This document shows, one piece after another, positions 59,866-64,000 of a stretch of 64,000 bases of DNA. The first letter of the stretch is position 1. The number at the start of each line of letters is the position of its first letter. The translations under genes were made by a program, and so were the position numbers. This DNA comes from Tubulanus polymorphus (lineage: Eukaryota > Animalia > Nemertea), in NCBI RefSeq assembly GCF_964204645.1, contig NC_134029.1, positions 20,144,950-20,208,949 of the forward strand, written 5' to 3'. The notes under the pieces were generated by a model that was given only the letters and a program-made list of their open reading frames with translations, did no database searches and was not told the origin of the DNA.

Positions 59866-62800
59866 ATGTCGAGAATTAACGTCGTGTTGCAGAGGGATGT
59901 CTTTCTTCCCGATATGGAACGTTTGATCGCGTTTGTTCACGTATTCAAAGGCGGCAAAAAGAAGAAAACAAGTTTACTATGCCTAGCAGGTAACGATAGC
60001 GACCATTTGAAAATTTTGGAACGTTGACACTGTCGTAGACTGCGCCTAGTTGAAATTAGACCTGTTAAACCTTTCAGTGCAACTACACTGCAGTGCAGTG
60101 TATTAGATCGGCGATGAATTTTGCTAGTACACCGCATCGCGGAGTATTGATGTTGTTAATGATTAGTTTTTATCTCTATTCAAAGATGGCAGCACCAGTC
60201 AAAGCATAATATTAGTAACTAACTATACACCACGCTGCGGTGTAGACGCACTAGCTGTATGCCCATTATTCAATGCATTTTTAGAATTTTCAAATTATCT
60301 CCAGCACTTTTAGATATCAATAAGTCAGCACTAAAAGGGTTTAAGCCACGCCACATCTGTTGAATTCATTGCTTCCGGATTAAAGATAAATAGATTTAGT
60401 AGGCCATTTGGACTGAGTTATCTTTGATGGGGTATCTCTTTATCAATTTCTAAGCATCAAAGATATCATGTAATAGTATTTACATCTTTTTATGATGTTT
60501 GGAAAATTGAATTGTTTTTGTAGTTACTACTGAAAAGCCAGTACAAGCGACTATCTATCAAGTCAAGAAATCGGAAAAAGTGGACAGTTACAAGAAAAAA
60601 TGTCAGTGGCCACTGAGATTGTTAAAACTCGTTGACGGAAAAGATGCAAAACAAGTGAGTCATTTCAGTGGACTATGATTTAGAATCTTGAAACTTTGTA
60701 AATCGATGCGATTGAGACTATCACTTTTTAAAATGATGAAATAACATTGAGCAATTAAACTTAAGAAAATTGCCTATAGGAATCACCTGGAATTCTCGGT
60801 TACCTCTGTGCGCCTTTCTTACTCTGGAAAGGTGCACTGCAAATAGTGAGTAAAATGTTCGAATGTTACAGTAACCAAGAAATGTAGGAGACATAAGAAC
60901 AATTATCGATTGTATACATCTATATAACAACAAGGGTGGCCACTTACCATACCTGCAAATCAGAGAAAGGTCAGGGAATTGATTATCTTTTCTGTTAAAA
61001 AATTCAGGGAATGTGTAAAAAAAAAGCTAAGAGGGAAAAGTCAGGGAAATTTGTTGAGATTGCTATACCGCGTGCAAAACAGTTTCCATCAATGTCTTAC
61101 GTATTTAACTGTGTTAATTAATTGGATTCTTAACAGATCGGGTCAGGGGAAATAACGTGCATGTCAGGGAATAGTCAGGGAAAAAGAAAGTCAAATAAAA
61201 GTGGCCGCCCTTTAATCCAAGAGTGATGACTTTGGTACAAGAGCGTTCATTACGAAATTATATACCGGTAAAAGTAACTTTTAAAAGCATGTTATTGTGT
61301 TGTACAGGAGTCACCAGCATTGCTGGATAATTTGTTTTCACCTTTCGAAGAGGTAGGTTTAAATGGCAAAACCGATATATTTATTGAAGAACTCATATAC
61401 ACTGGTTCTTACCTTGGGACGCGTTAATCAATTTCAACATAGTTCTCATATCCAAGGTGTTTTTCTACATTCATTATTTTGTATCACCCTCACTTATAAT
61501 TTTCATAATTTTTTTTCCGCAAAACATATAGGCCTAACGAATATCTTCATTTTCTTTTTTGTTTGACTACCTTTAATTTTTCGAATTCACTGCCCTCCCC
61601 CTCCCCCTCCTTTGTATTCATGTAGGCCTTGATATGAAAAATATCAAGAAAGCCGTGACTGGTTGAAAAATCATGTTTGCGGTTCACTATTATTTCTCTT
61701 TGTCATTAATAATTTTAATGACATTGAATAACGTTTTCAGGGAAAAAAAGATGGGTGGAAGGATTCCACAGGAAAAAAGAAAAACAGTTGTTTAAAATTG
61801 ATATCGTGGGTTATTCTTAATGATATTCATCAAGACAAGGAATAGTCTTAACTATTAACATTTTTCTCTTTCTTTATTCATTCATTCACCCATGTGGAAT
61901 TTTACAGAAATGCTTCGATATGGACCTTCACATTGACAAGCAAGTTTATAAGTGGGTGTCCGGCAACCGTGCAGAACGAGATTACTTCATCACAAGTTTA
62001 TTCAAGGTATGGCAGATTTACTAATACATATGTAAAAAATCAATTTTTGAAAAAAGCGGATTCGAATTGAATAAGGTTGAAATGATTTGTTGTTCTATTA
62101 TTGCATGTCGAAAGCTGTCGAAGAAACACGTTTCACCCCAACCCGAATTTGTGAATGTGCCATCCCATATATTGGAGGGTATGTTACACGATGATGATCC
62201 TAGCCTTGCCTACATCAACCATTTTTCAACGGATTTCATTTTCAGTTGATCTGTAGGCCTATTACCCTGCAATTGATATACAAAACACTTTGTAATTTTC
62301 ACGTCGAAGTATAATGCATTAAAACCAGTTGATGAAACACTATTCTGTGTTGTAGAGAGAATCCCACAAAAATAACGAAAATGTAACTGAAGCTAATAGT
62401 TTATTCAACGTTTCGACTATATCCTAATAGCAATCTTCAGGAATAATGTATATCCGCTTCAACACCGATATATAAAAGCTCCTGTTCTCGTAAACGTCAT
62501 TCAATCTTGGCCCAAAATCATATCGCTATCTTTCGATAATTTAGAGGTTGCGGTGATCAGTGACACTGTGCGTTTGGCTCCGCAAGGCGATGATATATCT
62601 GTAGCTAGCGATGATTATCAGGCGTTGTCGACGAAAGAAGAAACGGACCTCGAAACGTTGATGTCGCAGTGCGAGTTCTCTATCAGTAACGCAGAGGCAT
62701 TCGCTGAACAACTGTCAAAAGATTTGTCCGTCTTGGATGGGGTACGACATGCGCATTATACGACATTCCACGTATTATAGGGTCCCTACAACTCCTTGAT

Positions 62801-64000
62801 TCCTTAAAATCTCCTTCTAAACTGAAAGTACTTTTAAAGGTGCTTGAAACTCCTTTGATTTGAGCAAAATGCCAGAAACTCCTATAAAACTCCTTCAATT
62901 TTGAAAAATAGGCAGTTCGATACTTTAGAAGTTGTACATTAGACTAAGCCTAAAATCAGTACAGTTCGAATCAGGATCTTTTTGTTACCCTATTAGGTGG
63001 TTACCAAATGGAAAACCAAGTTTAGTAGTATCAAGGATAAAAATTTGCTTATAAAAACACTGTATTAACGTTTTACCGAGATAAACATTACCGATTTAGG
63101 AGGAGTCTACTGTAATTAGAATACAAAAGTGATATAGATGCTTTCTTGAAATATGTAATTTTTCTCCTTAAAACTCCTCATATCCAGGAATGACTGATCT
63201 GTAGGTACCTTGTATAAACAAATCAACATGATAAGCATTGGCAAAAGAATGTGCAATTAATGTTTCTATAGGAAAATATCCATTCAATAATGGGTTCTGA
63301 GGATCAAGTGAACACATTGATGCAGCTTCTGGAAGATGGAATAAACGAAGCGCAAGCAATCGAGGAAAAATTGGACGCTTACGACGAGTTTCTTAAGGTA
63401 AAGGGCTGCTTAAGGTATTTCAAGAACAAGCACAATGATTAATGGATATATTACAACGCCAGATGTTACTTATCAATTGAATATGCTTGACTTAAAATAC
63501 GAGTATCAAAAATATGCATGAAATGTTTGTCTGTGATTTATATAGGGTTTACTCCTACCATATGTCTGATTCTATACATTAGCCTTGCTTAGAAAAAATA
63601 AAGTTAGTTCATCATAGGAATCTGTCAGATTTTATCTCCAAAATAGGTTTTTCCGAAAGATCTTATGCCAGTTGCTCAAAAGTTGGTTACAGTTAACCAG
63701 TGGATAGTTGACATAGCGACAATTAAAGGTTTATTGTTACTGTGGTATTTATCCACCGGCTATCTTCAACCACCCTTTGAGCAACTGACCCCTTGTATTT
63801 TGGTTGGGTTCGTAAAAAGTCATTAATCATTACTAAGCCACATATATTTAAGCCACTCGGAGTTCACTGTAGTTGAAAAGCCCTTCAAGCATTACATATA
63901 TGATATAGAATAAAGAGATGAATCGTTGTAGAATATGAAAGATTTGATGGAAACAATGAAGGAAAAAGATGCATTGATTCACATACAGAACCGGAACCAC
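59866..64000 (+). CDS. EXOC1: Exocyst complex component 1 (Sec3), 5' part; runs off the window
   Basis: Exons 59866-59989, 60524-60654, (optional 61308-61352), 61908-62006, 62115-62178, 62545-62741, 63272-63397, 63932->64000. [63 protein letters not shown]. Confidence 0.95.
60066..60343. mobile_element. piggyBac-like MITE (copy 2)
   Basis: TTAAACCTTTCAGTGC...GCACTAAAAGGGTTTAA; homologous to 3081-3374. Confidence 0.7.
60933..61211. mobile_element. CAGGGTGGCCAC-TIR MITE
   Basis: AGGGTGGCCACT...AGTGGCCGCCCT with the family core sequence. Confidence 0.75.
62395..62445 (-). ncRNA. Minimal type-I hammerhead ribozyme motif (Penelope-associated)
   Basis: Minus strand CCTGAAGA-TTGCTAT..ATAGTC-GAAACGTTG-AATAAA: a CUGANGA / GAAA core with the palindromic ACGU stem III. 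Confidence 0.55.
62779..63212. mobile_element. CAGGG..CCTAC-TIR MITE
   Basis: AGGGTCCCTAC...GTAGGTACCTTG; AACTCCTT internal repeats; homologous to 57422-57792. Confidence 0.7.

Noticed and set aside
61741-61800. Possible extra EXOC1 exon (GKKDGWKDSTGKKKN...) followed by ATATCG, a potential AT-AC intron
   Set aside because: The donor deviates from the ATATCCTT consensus, no frame-compatible GT donor is evident, and it has no similarity to EXOC1 orthologues.

Overview
Gene-dense, intron-containing animal (invertebrate, probably marine spiralian; species not determinable from sequence) genomic DNA, not prokaryotic. By manual splice-site reading it holds TRMT9B (+), MRPL54 (-), a two-exon secreted 8-Cys peptide gene (+), AFG2B/SPATA5L1 (+), an uncharacterised 932-aa gene with three repeated globular domains (-), MRPS30 (+), RNF121 (+), MAU2 (-), TMEM60 (+) and the 5' part of EXOC1/Sec3 (+). 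Introns and intergenic DNA carry many MITEs, a tRNA-derived SINE, a LINE remnant and Penelope-type minimal hammerhead motifs. Highlights: (1) the complete TMEM60 ORF and the EXOC1 start codon lie 23 nt apart in what reads as one exon, with leaky-scanning hallmarks, giving a candidate bicistronic mRNA. (2) A small toxin/defence-like Cys-ladder peptide gene. (3) An orphan promoter and first exon heading into an ~11 kb ORF-less zone packed with inverted repeats, a candidate hairpin-RNA locus. (4) Three U12-type introns. All calls are by eye; no searches were run.
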